Assembly (NCBI GenBank): GCA_023255625.1
Contig: JAHFLF010000004.1
Coordinates: 1-55,779 of the forward strand
Length of the DNA stretch: 55,779 nucleotides
Direction: 5' to 3'
DNA from: Candidatus Harrisonbacteria bacterium
GTDB taxonomy: Bacteria > Patescibacteriota > Minisyncoccia > UBA6257 > 1-14-0-10-44-23
The translations under genes and the position numbers were made by a program. Position 1 is the stretch's first letter. Each line of letters opens with the position of its first letter. Shown here one piece after another: positions 14,831-25,230 of this stretch. The notes below the pieces were generated by a model. It was not told where the DNA came from. It made no database searches and saw nothing but the letters and a program-made list of their open reading frames with translations.

Positions 14831-17203
14831 ATGAAGCCCACAACCGAGGCCATCCGCCAATATGTGCGGGCGGCAAACTATTTGTCAGCGGCGCAAATCT
14901 ATCTGCAAGACAATGTCCTGCTAGAAAAACCGCTCTCTTTTGCCGACATCAAACCGCGTCTGCTCGGCCACTGGGGAACCTGCCCAGGGATTAATTTTAC
15001 CTACGCGCACTTAAACGCGCTGATTACCGAACATAACCTGGAGATGCTCTTTGTTCTTGGCCCTGGCCACGGCTTTCCGGCCCTGCAGGCCAATCTATTT
15101 TTAGAAAAAACACTGGAAAAATATTACCCAGATGCAACCCAGACCGAATCCGGCATAAAACATATTGCTCAAAAATTCAGCTGGCCATACGGTTACCCCA
15201 GCCACTCCAATCCGGGAGCGCCGGGCGTAATTTTAGAGGGCGGAGAACTCGGCTATTCGCTTTCGACCAGTTACGGCGCGGCACTGGATAATCCAAATCT
15301 GATTGTTAGCTGTCTAATCGGAGACGGCGAGGCCGAGACCGGCGCGCTGGCCACAAGTTGGCATTTGAATAAATTTTTAAACCCGAAAACCGACGGTGCC
15401 GTCCTGCCGATTTTACACCTGAACGGATACAAAATCTCCGGCCCGACTATTTTTGGTCGAATGAGCAGGTCGGAACTTAAAGCGCTTTTTACCGGCTACG
15501 GGTACAAACCGTATTTTGTTGGTGGAAAAGATCCGTATGAAAGCATGATGACGACGCTCGAAAGCGCTTACGCAGACATCAAAAAAATCCAGCACGAATA
15601 TCGTGATGAGCAGCGTGGCGGTTTGCCGCCATCCGGCGTCCAAAAACCGCCCAACTTCCCCATGATTATCCTGCAAACTCCAAAGGGCTGGACCGGCATC
15701 GCAAAAATGCACGGCAAAAAACTGGAGGGCAACTGCCTCTCACATCAAGTAACCGCGCCAAACGCAAAAACGAGCAAAATAGAACTCAAGCAGTTAGAAA
15801 TTTGGCTGCGCTCATACAACTTCAACGAACTTTTTTCGCCAAAGACCGGTTTTTCTGACACTATCAAATCAGTGCTGCCAAGCGAAGAACTCCGCATGGG
15901 CCGCTCCCGACATACTTACGGCGGCGAAATAGTAAAACCGCTGAATCTACCGGACATTAAAAACTTTTTCGAGGACGCAACCAAACCGGGCACTATTGGC
16001 TCTTCGAGCATGCGCAGAGCCGGCGCATATCTGGCCGAGGTCTTTCGCCAAAGTGAACAGGAAAGAAATTTCCGTTTTTTCTCCCCCGATGAAACCTATT
16101 CCAACAAACTAGAAGAGGTCTTCTCTGCAACAACCCGGGTCTGGCAGTGGCCGATAAAAAAATGGGATAAGGATCTTGGCGGCGACGGCCGGGTCGTCGA
16201 GATGCTCTCGGAACATTCTCTCCAGGGATTATTGCAGGGTTATGTCCTGACCGGCCGGCACGGAATTTTTGCCTCATACGAAGCGTTTATTCAAGTTGTG
16301 GCCAGCATGGTTGATCAGTATGCAAAATTTCTAAAAGTCGCCAGAGAAACACCATTCCGCGGTTCAGTCCCATCACTCAACTACATCCTAACCTCTTCCG
16401 GCTGGCGCCAGGATCACAACGGCTTCTCGCATCAAAACCCCTCCTTCATTGATAATGTTCTGCAAAAACACGGCTGCTATGTGCATGTCTACTTCCCGCC
16501 CTGCGGCAATGCAACTTTGGCGGTTCTCAAAAAATGCCTGGCCAGCCGTAATGAAATCAATATCATCTGCGCCGGCAAAACGCTCGAGCCGCGCTGGCTT
16601 ACTCCGGAGCTTGTCCAAAAAGAAATGGAGCGCGGGCTGCTGACCTGGGAATTTGCCAGCGACGAAAAACCGGATATTGTTTTTTGCGGAATCGGCGATT
16701 ACCTGACTAAGGAATGCTTGGCGGCAATCGACCTGATTAAAAACGAGTTGCCGGAGGTAAAAATCCGGTTTGTGAATGTGATAGAGCTCTGCGCGCTGGG
16801 CATTGGTAATTCTGATTGCCATGTGCCGCTTAACGACTTCGCTAATTATTTTACCCACGAAAAACCGGTCATCTTCAATTTCCATGGCTACCCAGAGACA
16901 TTGAAACCATTTTTATTTGACGCCGCTCACGACTCACGCCGTTTTGCCGTCTTCGGTTATATCGAGAACGGCTCGACGACCACTCCGTTTGATATGCATG
17001 TTCGTAACAAAACAGATCGTTTCCATTTAGTACAATCGGCGGCGCGTCTTTTGGCCCGCTACGGCGCAATCACAGAAGAGCAGGCCGCCATTGTCATAAA
17101 AAAGTACGAGGACAAGCTGGCCGCGCATAGTGAATACATTAAAGAGCACGGCGTTGATCCAGAGGAAATTGAAAATTGGCAGTGGAAAAATATACGACCA
17201 TGA
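14831..17203 (+). CDS. xfp: Xylulose-5-phosphate/fructose-6-phosphate phosphoketolase
   Basis: 790 aa. LLGHWGTCPGINFTYAHLN, GPGHG, EGGELGYSLS, GDGEAETG (ThDP motif) and the overall length are typical of Xfp. Confidence 0.95.
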   Translation: MKPTTEAIRQYVRAANYLSAAQIYLQDNVLLEKPLSFADIKPRLLGHWGTCPGINFTYAHLNALITEHNLEMLFVLGPGHGFPALQANLFLEKTLEKYYPDATQTESGIKHIAQKFSWPYGYPSHSNPGAPGVILEGGELGYSLSTSYGAALDNPNLIVSCLIGDGEAETGALATSWHLNKFLNPKTDGAVLPILHLNGYKISGPTIFGRMSRSELKALFTGYGYKPYFVGGKDPYESMMTTLESAYADIKKIQHEYRDEQRGGLPPSGVQKPPNFPMIILQTPKGWTGIAKMHGKKLEGNCLSHQVTAPNAKTSKIELKQLEIWLRSYNFNELFSPKTGFSDTIKSVLPSEELRMGRSRHTYGGEIVKPLNLPDIKNFFEDATKPGTIGSSSMRRAGAYLAEVFRQSEQERNFRFFSPDETYSNKLEEVFSATTRVWQWPIKKWDKDLGGDGRVVEMLSEHSLQGLLQGYVLTGRHGIFASYEAFIQVVASMVDQYAKFLKVARETPFRGSVPSLNYILTSSGWRQDHNGFSHQNPSFIDNVLQKHGCYVHVYFPPCGNATLAVLKKCLASRNEINIICAGKTLEPRWLTPELVQKEMERGLLTWEFASDEKPDIVFCGIGDYLTKECLAAIDLIKNELPEVKIRFVNVIELCALGIGNSDCHVPLNDFANYFTHEKPVIFNFHGYPETLKPFLFDAAHDSRRFAVFGYIENGSTTTPFDMHVRNKTDRFHLVQSAARLLARYGAITEEQAAIVIKKYEDKLAAHSEYIKEHGVDPEEIENWQWKNIRP

Positions 17204-18351
17204 TCTTAACCGCCAACATCGGCAGTGCCTCGAAAAAATACTCGCTCTTTCGCGATGCGCAAGAGATGATAAGCGCCCATTTTGAAAAATCCGGCCAAGA
17301 CTTTATCGTCAGCTGGAAAAAAGATGGCGCGGTTTCGCAGGAGGTTATCACGCCTGATCAATATGAAATGGCGGCGGAACTGGTTACCACGCACGCCAAA
17401 CAACACGGCACACTAATCGGCATCGGCATTCGCGTCGTGGCCCCAGGAAAATACTTTCAAGAGCACAGGCGCATTGATGATGAGTATTTAACAAAACTGG
17501 CCAAAGCGCAGGAATTCGCACCGCTCCATATCTCTGCCACGCTAGCGGAAATTCAGGAAATGAAAAAACTCTTTCCGCAAACTTTGCTTTTTGCCATAAG
17601 CGATAGCAACTTTCACAAGACATTGCCGGAGGTCGCTAGCTGCTATGCCCTGCCGAGAGAATTCGTAAACCAGTTTGAGCTGCGCCGTTTTGGTTATCAT
17701 GGTCTTTCGCTGCAATCAATTGTAAAAAAACTCCGTGGAACGGACGGCGCAATCCCGGAAAAAGTTATCGTCTGCCACCTCGGTAGCGGCTGCAGCATCA
17801 CCGCGCTTAAAAACGGCCAGAGCATCGAGACATCAATGGGCTTTAGTCCGCTCGAAGGGCTGGTTATGGCCACTCGCAGCGGCTCAATTGATCCCTCGGT
17901 CATCCTGCTTCTGGCCGAAAAATCCGGACTCTCCCTGCGCGATCTGGAAAAAAAGCTGAACAATGAATCCGGTCTTCTGGCTATCGGCGGCAGCAGCGAT
18001 ATCCGCGAACTGCTGAAGCTCGAAAAGAAAGGTGATGCCGCAGCAAAACTCGCCCTCGAACTCTTCAGCTACCGCGTCCGTCAGTATATTGGTGCTTATG
18101 CAGCGACGCTCGGCGGAGTTGATGCACTCGTTTTCACCGGCACAGCCGGTGAACGCTCGGCAATAATGCGGGCCAGAATCTTGGCTGGTTTAGAATTTTT
18201 AAAACTGAAACCAGCCGCGCGGGCTAATAATAAAATCCTCGGCGGAACCGACGGGCAAATCAGCAAACCAGAATCGAAAATACCAATTTATGTTTTTACC
18301 ACAAACGAAGCGGAAGAAATTAGGCAAATAGCGAAGGGTCTTTCGTCGTAA
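17200..18351 (+). CDS. ackA: Acetate kinase
   Basis: MILTANIGSASKKYSLF, RRFGYHGLS, CHLGSGCSITA, ATRSGSIDP and FTGTAGERS. The ATG overlaps the xfp stop (ATGA at 17200-17203). The ORF-track start at 17176 lies inside xfp. Confidence 0.93.
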   Translation: MILTANIGSASKKYSLFRDAQEMISAHFEKSGQDFIVSWKKDGAVSQEVITPDQYEMAAELVTTHAKQHGTLIGIGIRVVAPGKYFQEHRRIDDEYLTKLAKAQEFAPLHISATLAEIQEMKKLFPQTLLFAISDSNFHKTLPEVASCYALPREFVNQFELRRFGYHGLSLQSIVKKLRGTDGAIPEKVIVCHLGSGCSITALKNGQSIETSMGFSPLEGLVMATRSGSIDPSVILLLAEKSGLSLRDLEKKLNNESGLLAIGGSSDIRELLKLEKKGDAAAKLALELFSYRVRQYIGAYAATLGGVDALVFTGTAGERSAIMRARILAGLEFLKLKPAARANNKILGGTDGQISKPESKIPIYVFTTNEAEEIRQIAKGLSS

Positions 18352-18363
18352 GAAAATCTGCAA

Positions 18364-18618
18364 CTACACTTTCGGGAGAGTTCTGTTCTGCGCTCGCTTC
18401 TGCAATGCCAGAATGAGCCAAAGTGTGCCGGTTAGGAAAGTTGTCGCTGTACTCATCCAAAGTGAGAGCGTTGCGTATACAAACGAGAATAAATACAAAA
18501 AGAAAAAAGTCGGGATGCTGGTAGAAAGCGGCGGCTTATCTTTGGCGATTATGGCCGGAATGAGCGCAATTGAAAACACGATGGACCCGGTCGTTAGAAC
18601 ATAATCTTGCCAGAGCAT
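18364..18618 (-). CDS. Small three-TM membrane protein
   Basis: 84 aa and hydrophobic throughout. No motif recognised. Confidence 0.5.
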   Translation of the reverse strand: MLWQDYVLTTGSIVFSIALIPAIIAKDKPPLSTSIPTFFFLYLFSFVYATLSLWMSTATTFLTGTLWLILALQKRAQNRTLPKV

Positions 18619-18663
18619 ATGAATAGTCAGTAAAGTATATCATAAAATATTAATTAAAATTCT

Positions 18664-18912
18664 GTGCCCTACCTCGTCTATATCCTCCGGTGCAAAGACC
18701 AAACACTCTACACCGGAATTACCAATGACCTCAAAAAGCGGCTGGCCGCTCATCGGGCCGGAACTGGAGCAAAATACACCCGTTCGCATCCGCCGGACAA
18801 AGTGGTTCACACTGAAAAATTTCCGGCTAAGGCCGGAGCGCTTAGTCGGGAGTCGGAGATAAAAAAACTTTCCCGGGCAAAAAAATTATTACTGATTAGC
18901 AATTCAGGGTAG
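18664..18912 (+). CDS. GIY-YIG nuclease-family small protein (UPF0213-like)
   Basis: YLVYILRCKDQTLYTGITNDLKKRLAAHRAGTGAKYTRSH. GTG start. Confidence 0.85.
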   Translation: MPYLVYILRCKDQTLYTGITNDLKKRLAAHRAGTGAKYTRSHPPDKVVHTEKFPAKAGALSRESEIKKLSRAKKLLLISNSG

Positions 18913-19001
18913 CTGCGGGATAGCTGCAAGACGGTTGTAAGTATTTCGCGAGTAGCGCGTCTTGTTTAAAGTACCATCACCAAAATAACTATCTTCTTCC
19001 T

Positions 19002-19154
19002 ATGCTTGAAACTATTGCTGTAATCCTTTTGATACTCTGGCTGCTCGGCGTCGTCGGCGTCTACACGATCGGCAATTTCATCCACATCCTACTGGTTGTC
19101 GCCATCATCATGTTTCTTATTCGCATCATTCAGGGACGCAACCCCATCTCCTAA
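19002..19154 (+). CDS. Lmo0937-family tiny membrane protein
   Basis: Not in the ORF track (50 aa). My translation is MLETIAVILLILWLLGVVGVYTIGNFIHILLVVAIIMFLIRIIQGRNPIS, which matches the remembered pattern of this family (ILLILWLLG ... HILLV.AI). Confidence 0.6.
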   Translation: MLETIAVILLILWLLGVVGVYTIGNFIHILLVVAIIMFLIRIIQGRNPIS

Positions 19155-19171
19155 CCTATCCTGCTATAAAA

Positions 19172-19876
19172 CTACTGCACCGTAAGCGTGCCTTTCATGC
19201 CCATCGCCCGGTGGCTGCCGACGGAGCAATAGTATTCGAATGAACCGGTCTTGTCGGCGGTGAATTCGACGGTCTCCGAACCGCCTGCTTTAAGCACTTT
19301 TGTCGCCACGCCGAACTCATCTATTCGCAAATCATGATTGCCGCCCGCGTCGGTGAAGGTAATCTTTACGCGATCCCCTTTCTTCACTGTCATGGTACTC
19401 GGCGCAAAGGAAAAATTAGAGCCGGTAACAGCGAATTCCTTGACCGCCGAGTTGGCAGAGACCGGGCTATTCACCGCCGTCTCTGGACGCAACTGAATAG
19501 TGCTAGCCGTAACACTACCGTCCGTATTTGTAGTACCCGAAACTGTAACGCGCTTACCAACCGACAGGTCGCTGGCTGAACCGGTCGCTATTTTTCCAAT
19601 CGCGGTGCTGCCGGAGAAAAATACTATTTTAGAACCACCGTCCTGCACCTTGACCGTGATGCTGTTTGCGTCCTTGCTTAAGATATCACCGCTCACTAAT
19701 CCGCCGCCCGCGCCCATACCGGTGCGCACCCGCACCCCGCCTATCTGCCCGCCGAACTGCCCGGGAACGCGCATTCCGGCAACCGATGTTGATGATGCAC
19801 CATAACTGCTGCCTGCCCAAAAACCCAAACCTGCTGCCACCACCGCAATCACTACCAAAACAATTTTTTTGTTCAT
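19172..19876 (-). CDS. Secreted cupredoxin (plastocyanin/azurin-like copper-binding) domain protein
   Basis: Signal anchor MNKKIVLVVIAVVAAGLGFWAG. The C-terminal part has GNHDL ... YYCSVGSHRAMGMKGTLTV, the His/Cys/His/Met type-1 copper ligand pattern. Confidence 0.8.
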   Translation of the reverse strand: MNKKIVLVVIAVVAAGLGFWAGSSYGASSTSVAGMRVPGQFGGQIGGVRVRTGMGAGGGLVSGDILSKDANSITVKVQDGGSKIVFFSGSTAIGKIATGSASDLSVGKRVTVSGTTNTDGSVTASTIQLRPETAVNSPVSANSAVKEFAVTGSNFSFAPSTMTVKKGDRVKITFTDAGGNHDLRIDEFGVATKVLKAGGSETVEFTADKTGSFEYYCSVGSHRAMGMKGTLTVQ

Positions 19877-19940
19877 ATGAATAAGTTATTAAAGTTTATA
19901 AAGTTCGTAAAGTCCATCAAGTACAAACCGCGGACGAATA

Positions 19941-21164
19941 CTACTCGTACCGCAACGCCTCGATGGGGTTGAGTCCCGCCGCGCGGCGAGCGGGGTAGTA
20001 GCCGAAAATAATGCCGATGGCCGCGGAGACGGCAAAGGCCAAAAGCATGGCTGTTGTAGAAACAGTTGTAGCTAGTCCGGCGAAACTACTCACACCCAGC
20101 GCAAGAAGCCAACCCAAAAGAACGCCAAAGACTCCGCCAAGAAGAGTGAGCATAACCGCCTCGGCTAAAAATTGCAAACTAATATCACGGCGTTTAGCGC
20201 CGATGGCTTTTCGTAAACCAATCTCCCGAGTCCGTTCGGTAACGGTTGTGAGCATCATGTTCATAATACCGATACCGCCAACAACCAGCGAGATGCCAGC
20301 GATTGCACCAAGAAGAATCGTAAAGGTTCCGGTAACCGAAGAAGCCGTTGCAACGATATCGGCCTGGTTCAGCACCTGAAAGTCCGCCAGCTGCGGATTA
20401 TCAATATGATGCCGATCCAGCAAAAGATCCGTAACCTGCTGCTGCACCTGCGTCATCTGATCCGCGCTTTGCGCCTGAATACTGATTGTCGTAACATAAG
20501 TATCTCCAGCTAAAAATCGCTGCGCAGTCGAAAGAGGCACAAAAATCACATCATCCTGACTGCCAAAACCGGTACCGCCCTTTGCCTTTGTAACACCAAC
20601 AACCTTGAAATCAACTTTATTAATCCGAATTGATTGACCTATGGCACTCCCATCCTGTCCGAACAAATCATCTCTTGCGGTTGGCCCAAGCACGGCAACT
20701 TTGGACAGAGAACGAACATTTTGATCAGTGATAAACGAACCTTCTTCAACAGCGATATTCCGAACAGTCGGATAGCTGGCGATCGTGCCAATCACCTGCG
20801 TATTTGTATTCGTCCCCCGGGCCGTAACCTGGTAGCGCCGCGAAACCTCCGGTGCAGTCGCAGTAATCCCGATCGGCTGATTGCTAATCGCATCTGCATC
20901 CTCCTTGGTTAGCGTCTGCGCCGAACCGCGCCCGGCTGAAACCTGCACACCGGCACCGCGCTGTGCACCAGGCGTAACAATCAGCAAATTTGAACCGATC
21001 GACTGAATACTGGCCTCAATCGTTCCCTGTGCTCCCTGGCCGATAGAAACCATCGCGATGACCGAGCCAATGCCGATCACGATACCCAAAATTGTCAGTC
21101 CGGAACGAACCTTATTTACCGTGAGCGCAAAATATGTTTCCTGGATTATATCGATAGTTTTCAT
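19941..21164 (-). CDS. ABC transporter permease, MacB/FtsX family
   Basis: 407 aa. N-terminal TM, a large periplasmic domain, and a C-terminal FtsX-type region with TERTREIGLRKAIGAKRRDI. Confidence 0.9.
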   Translation of the reverse strand: MKTIDIIQETYFALTVNKVRSGLTILGIVIGIGSVIAMVSIGQGAQGTIEASIQSIGSNLLIVTPGAQRGAGVQVSAGRGSAQTLTKEDADAISNQPIGITATAPEVSRRYQVTARGTNTNTQVIGTIASYPTVRNIAVEEGSFITDQNVRSLSKVAVLGPTARDDLFGQDGSAIGQSIRINKVDFKVVGVTKAKGGTGFGSQDDVIFVPLSTAQRFLAGDTYVTTISIQAQSADQMTQVQQQVTDLLLDRHHIDNPQLADFQVLNQADIVATASSVTGTFTILLGAIAGISLVVGGIGIMNMMLTTVTERTREIGLRKAIGAKRRDISLQFLAEAVMLTLLGGVFGVLLGWLLALGVSSFAGLATTVSTTAMLLAFAVSAAIGIIFGYYPARRAAGLNPIEALRYE

Positions 21165-21877
21165 AATTCTGGATGACTATGCACAATTCTTTTCTGATCA
21201 TTTTTTTTGTCCGACAAAATCTTGCCGTCCTGAATATGAATTATCCTGTCGGCATGCTGCGCAACATACGGCTCATGCGTGATAAGAATAATTGTATGCT
21301 GATGATCGCGGTTCAGTTGCTGAAAAGTCCCGAGAACAATTTCGCCGGTTGCCGTATCTAAATTGCCGGTCGGCTCATCGGCCAGAATAATACTCGGATT
21401 ATTGACCAGCGCCCTGGCAATAGCCACGCGCTGCATTTGCCCGCCGGAAAGCTGATTCGATTTATGACTCCAACGATCTTCATCGAGCCCGGCAGAACGC
21501 AGGGCTTTTTCAACAAGTGGACGGCGTTTGTCTGCACCAACCTCCGCATACACAAGCGGCAAAGTAACATTCCGGAGAACTGTTGCCCGTGAAAGCAAAT
21601 TAAATGACTGAAAAACAAAACCGATTTTGTTCCGGCGAATGTCGGCCAGCTCATTATCAGACAGCGAAGAAACATCGTGATTATCCAGTTTATACTCGCC
21701 GGAAGTTGGCGTATCCAGGGCGCCCAAAATATGCATGAGCGTTGACTTGCCGCTGCCGGATGGGCCCATAATGGCCACGAACTCGCCTTTTTTGATCGAG
21801 AAAGAAACCCCCTTCAAAACCGCGGTCTCCACCCCGCCGTTTGTATATATTTTCACTATATCCTTGCATTCGATCAT
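21161..21877 (-). CDS. ABC transporter ATP-binding protein, MacB/LolD-type
   Basis: [36 protein letters not shown] and ITHE. Overlaps the permease start by 4 nt. Confidence 0.93.
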   Translation of the reverse strand: MIECKDIVKIYTNGGVETAVLKGVSFSIKKGEFVAIMGPSGSGKSTLMHILGALDTPTSGEYKLDNHDVSSLSDNELADIRRNKIGFVFQSFNLLSRATVLRNVTLPLVYAEVGADKRRPLVEKALRSAGLDEDRWSHKSNQLSGGQMQRVAIARALVNNPSIILADEPTGNLDTATGEIVLGTFQQLNRDHQHTIILITHEPYVAQHADRIIHIQDGKILSDKKNDQKRIVHSHPEL

Positions 21878-21886
21878 ATTACCCGC

Positions 21887-22141
21887 CTAAATTTTTAGAA
21901 AATTATGAAGCATCTTTTGGACTTGGTTACGACCCCAGCCAGTCTTCAACCATTGTTCGCGCGTAAAGGCATCGCGTTGATTCAAAAATGCTTCATAAAA
22001 AATTAAATGTAGCGGTCTACGATTCTTCGTAGACTCAACTTTCCCGAGCGTATGGAGCGACATACGCGCACGTAAGTCCTTGGTGCAACCAACATACAGC
22101 TCGTGATCTTTTTGGCTTTCCAATATATATACATAGTGCAT
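21887..22141 (-). CDS. GIY-YIG nuclease-family small protein inserted between efflux adaptor and ATPase genes
   Basis: MHYVYILESQKDHELYVGCTKDLRARMSLH ... REQWLKTGWGRN. Confidence 0.85.
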   Translation of the reverse strand: MHYVYILESQKDHELYVGCTKDLRARMSLHTLGKVESTKNRRPLHLIFYEAFLNQRDAFTREQWLKTGWGRNQVQKMLHNFLKI

Positions 22142-22168
22142 ATTTTCTAAAAATTTTGGCGGGTGAAT

Positions 22169-23842
22169 TTAACGGCCAACAGCACGATTCCCGCCCCCGG
22201 TTACACCAGGAATGCGAATTCCGCCGATGCCGCCGGTTGCCGGTGCGGCTGCCGCAGTCGATGAAGCAATAGTCCGGGACACGACCTGGTCACCCTCTTT
22301 AAGTCCGCTAATAATTTGAGTAAAGGTATCGTTACTGACACCAATCTCGACTGGCTGCCGACTGGGCGGGACAGCAGAGGTAACCCCGGCTGAAGCGCTG
22401 GTAGAATCAACCGCTGCCAGCATCGGCAAAATTTCAACATATGAATCCTGACCGGCTGCTTTGAGGGCACTATTAGGAATCAGCAAAACATCCGGACGAA
22501 CATCGGTGATAACGGCCGCCGACACGCTCATGCCCGGCTTAATCCCGGAGCTCGCACTTTGTATATCAAAGGCAATCTGAACTTTATAGGTTACAACTCC
22601 CTGGGAAACTGTTCCGAGCGAATCAATCTGCTTAACGGTGCCACTAATCGTTAGTTCTGGGGCCGCGTCAAAAGTCAGAGTCGCCTTCTGACCAAGCGCT
22701 ATCTTGGCTATATCAACTTCGTTCAGTGCGATCTCGGCAATATATTGCGGGCTGATCAAATTAGCAAGGATGGTTCCGGAGGAGACATTGTCACCCTTTT
22801 TAACATCCAGCGAGGCAATCACGCCGCCAAAAGGCGCCCGCACAGTGTAATCAGATAGCGCCGCCTGTAAATCCTCTAACGAAGTTTCTCGCTGCTTGAT
22901 CGTTATCTCCTGCGCCCGGATATCAAATGGCGCATTCTCAATCGCATTACTCTGCGTGGCTAAATTAGAAATATGCGAATTGATCTGGCCGATATAAGTT
23001 CGCAGGGAACTTTTGTAGCCGACCACAACCGAGGAAAGCTGCTTGCGTGATCCGCTGGCATAGTCAGTCAAAAAATCAAAAAGATTTTGCTCACTCTTGA
23101 GTACCTGCGCCAAGGATTTAGCCGTGGCCAGAGTCTGCGTCAACAAATCTTCAATAATTTTTTGTCCTGAAGACCGAGTTGCATTTTTATAAGCTAGCAG
23201 TGCCGCGTCATAATCCTTGCGAGCCGCCCGATAATCTGCATCCGCCGAAGCAACAAACTGTTCAATCTTCTTGGTATTTTCGTAATCGCTGGAGGGCACA
23301 AAGTTAAAATAATATCCTTGATTATCCTGACCAGTCCCGCTAACAGTGTTACCCATTATCACATCGTGAGTCGTAGTAATCACCGCGGGAAAATCAAGAA
23401 ACCCGTTGGAAATATCCGCGAAAGCATCATCTAAAATACGGTCTATCGAACCGCTGGAGCGCTTGATTTTATCAAAGTTCAGCTCCGCCGTCTCTAGTTC
23501 AATCTGCGCATCTCTCACCGCCCGCTCTGCATCTGTTCTATCTATTTGTGCTATAACCGCACCGGCTGCAACTCGCTGTCCCTCTGCGACGCTCACCGCA
23601 ACAATCTCGCCGGCAGTTTTTGGTTTAACTTCAACTTGATCGCTAACCGAAACCTGACCGCTACCGGAGACGGAGACAACCAAAGTACCCTTATTAACTG
23701 ACGCCAGAACATACCGAGTTTGCGCCGGTACGGTTGTAGCTCTTTTATAGATAAAATACCCGCCGGATAAAATCATTAGCAGAATAAACCCGGCAAGAAA
23801 CTTGTGTCGGAGAATCTTTGTAATAAAGTGTGATGTCGCCAT
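22169..23842 (-). CDS. Efflux transporter periplasmic adaptor (HlyD/MacA family)
   Basis: 557 aa. N-terminal TM, a lipoyl-like domain (GEIVAVSVAEGQRVAAGAVIAQID), a long coiled-coil middle, and beta-barrel/MPD regions (VRAPFGGVIASLDVKKGD). Confidence 0.85.
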   Translation of the reverse strand: MATSHFITKILRHKFLAGFILLMILSGGYFIYKRATTVPAQTRYVLASVNKGTLVVSVSGSGQVSVSDQVEVKPKTAGEIVAVSVAEGQRVAAGAVIAQIDRTDAERAVRDAQIELETAELNFDKIKRSSGSIDRILDDAFADISNGFLDFPAVITTTHDVIMGNTVSGTGQDNQGYYFNFVPSSDYENTKKIEQFVASADADYRAARKDYDAALLAYKNATRSSGQKIIEDLLTQTLATAKSLAQVLKSEQNLFDFLTDYASGSRKQLSSVVVGYKSSLRTYIGQINSHISNLATQSNAIENAPFDIRAQEITIKQRETSLEDLQAALSDYTVRAPFGGVIASLDVKKGDNVSSGTILANLISPQYIAEIALNEVDIAKIALGQKATLTFDAAPELTISGTVKQIDSLGTVSQGVVTYKVQIAFDIQSASSGIKPGMSVSAAVITDVRPDVLLIPNSALKAAGQDSYVEILPMLAAVDSTSASAGVTSAVPPSRQPVEIGVSNDTFTQIISGLKEGDQVVSRTIASSTAAAAPATGGIGGIRIPGVTGGGNRAVGR

Positions 23843-23860
23843 AGAATAAAAATATTAAAA

Positions 23861-24601
23861 TTATTTAAGCATCATCCGTACATGTCGCCCAGACCAGCCA
23901 TGGTTTTCCAATTTACGAATGCCAAAGGCCTGAATAGTGCCGGTTGCCGGCTCGCCGAAAACAACAACCATGTCGCTGGTGGCAAACTGTGTTCCGACTG
24001 AAAACATGGTTTCCGGTGAAATCAGCACCTCTACAGTATCACCCCGCCGGCCTTCAAGCAAAAAACTATGCTGCATCAGCTGGACTATCTGACCCGGGTA
24101 AATCTCCGGCAGCTGCTGCTCCTCAACATTTTCATACAATTGATCAAAAAATGGAACGCGGTGCTGATAAGCATAATTGGAAATCCGCCGATGCAGCAAT
24201 GTGCCCGCAACACCAACGCCGCTTAAAATAGAAAGCGCGACAATGCCCAGCATTGAGTAAAGCAGCGGTCGGCGGTAGGCAAAAGCATAGCGACGCACCA
24301 ATACCTCGAGAACAATGATGAAGGCGACCGCAAGCAGAATCATCAGCCACGGCAAAGAACGCGCAAAGGCCAGCCAGCCGCGCGATCCAAAGGCCGGCAC
24401 AAAACCGGCGCCGGTTTCAGACATCATGAATAAAATGAGACTAATCAGATAAATCAGCGCGAGCATCAGAATCGCCAGACCAACCACCGCCAGCATTGTG
24501 CGCAAAATAAACTGCCACCTGGGACGCATCTTAATATCACCCTGCTTGATAGCGGATAATACCGACTCGTGCACCTGTTTTTCCTGATCCTGACTATCCA
24601 T
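23861..24601 (-). CDS. Multi-pass membrane protein, possible anti-sigma partner of the adjacent ECF sigma
   Basis: 246 aa with about four TM segments. It starts 2 nt after the sigma-factor stop. The function is inferred from position only. Confidence 0.5.
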   Translation of the reverse strand: MDSQDQEKQVHESVLSAIKQGDIKMRPRWQFILRTMLAVVGLAILMLALIYLISLILFMMSETGAGFVPAFGSRGWLAFARSLPWLMILLAVAFIIVLEVLVRRYAFAYRRPLLYSMLGIVALSILSGVGVAGTLLHRRISNYAYQHRVPFFDQLYENVEEQQLPEIYPGQIVQLMQHSFLLEGRRGDTVEVLISPETMFSVGTQFATSDMVVVFGEPATGTIQAFGIRKLENHGWSGRHVRMMLK

Positions 24602-24602
24602 T

Positions 24603-25181
24603 TTAGCTGATATTTTGGTGGTTAATTATTTTTCTAAGAATTTGTTTGCCGCGTGTTAAACGCACGCCGACCGTAGAAACCGGAATTTGCAAAATCTCGG
24701 CAATCTCTCGGTAATCCATCTCCTCAAAGTAATACAAAACCAGCGGCTCCCGATATTTCGAACTGACCTGGCCAAGATATCGGTCCAGCATCGCCCGCAT
24801 CTCCTTACCCTGCATATCTTGGTCTGCGGTTTCTTTGGCGGCCAGGTGCGGAAAAAGTGCGTCTAAATCAAAAGTAAAAACCGGTAGCGATAACTTTTTC
24901 CGGCCCGCATTGATAAACTCATTGTGGGCTATACGGTAAAGCCAGGGAGAAAAACGCCGCTTTGTATCAAAACTTTGGATATTAATATACGCCTTTAAGA
25001 ATACCTCCTGAACCATGTCTTTAACATCCTCACCCTGAAATAAAAATTTGCGGGCATACCGCGTCATTTTACCTTCATAACGGCTAACTAAAATACCGAA
25101 CGACTCCACATCGCCGCCCTGAACCTGCTTTGCTATTTCTTCATCTGTTTTTGGGGACGAAACAGCCGCAGATCCTGGCAT
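24603..25181 (-). CDS. ECF-type sigma-70 family RNA polymerase sigma factor
   Basis: Region 2 (MVQEVFLKAYINIQSFD ... FSPWLYRIAHNEFINAGRK) and region 4 HTH (LVLYYFEEMDYREIAEILQIPVSTVGVRLTRGK). Confidence 0.9.
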   Translation of the reverse strand: MPGSAAVSSPKTDEEIAKQVQGGDVESFGILVSRYEGKMTRYARKFLFQGEDVKDMVQEVFLKAYINIQSFDTKRRFSPWLYRIAHNEFINAGRKKLSLPVFTFDLDALFPHLAAKETADQDMQGKEMRAMLDRYLGQVSSKYREPLVLYYFEEMDYREIAEILQIPVSTVGVRLTRGKQILRKIINHQNIS

Positions 25182-25230
25182 GTAAATTTACTACAGTTAA
25201 ACTCGTCTAAATATTTCAATCCTGAATTAA

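Noticed and set aside
16388-16885. 165-aa minus-strand ORF and other antisense ORFs inside xfp and ackA (15413..15712, 15993..16277, 17697..17963).
   Set aside because: They are antisense to very well supported enzyme genes and have no motifs.
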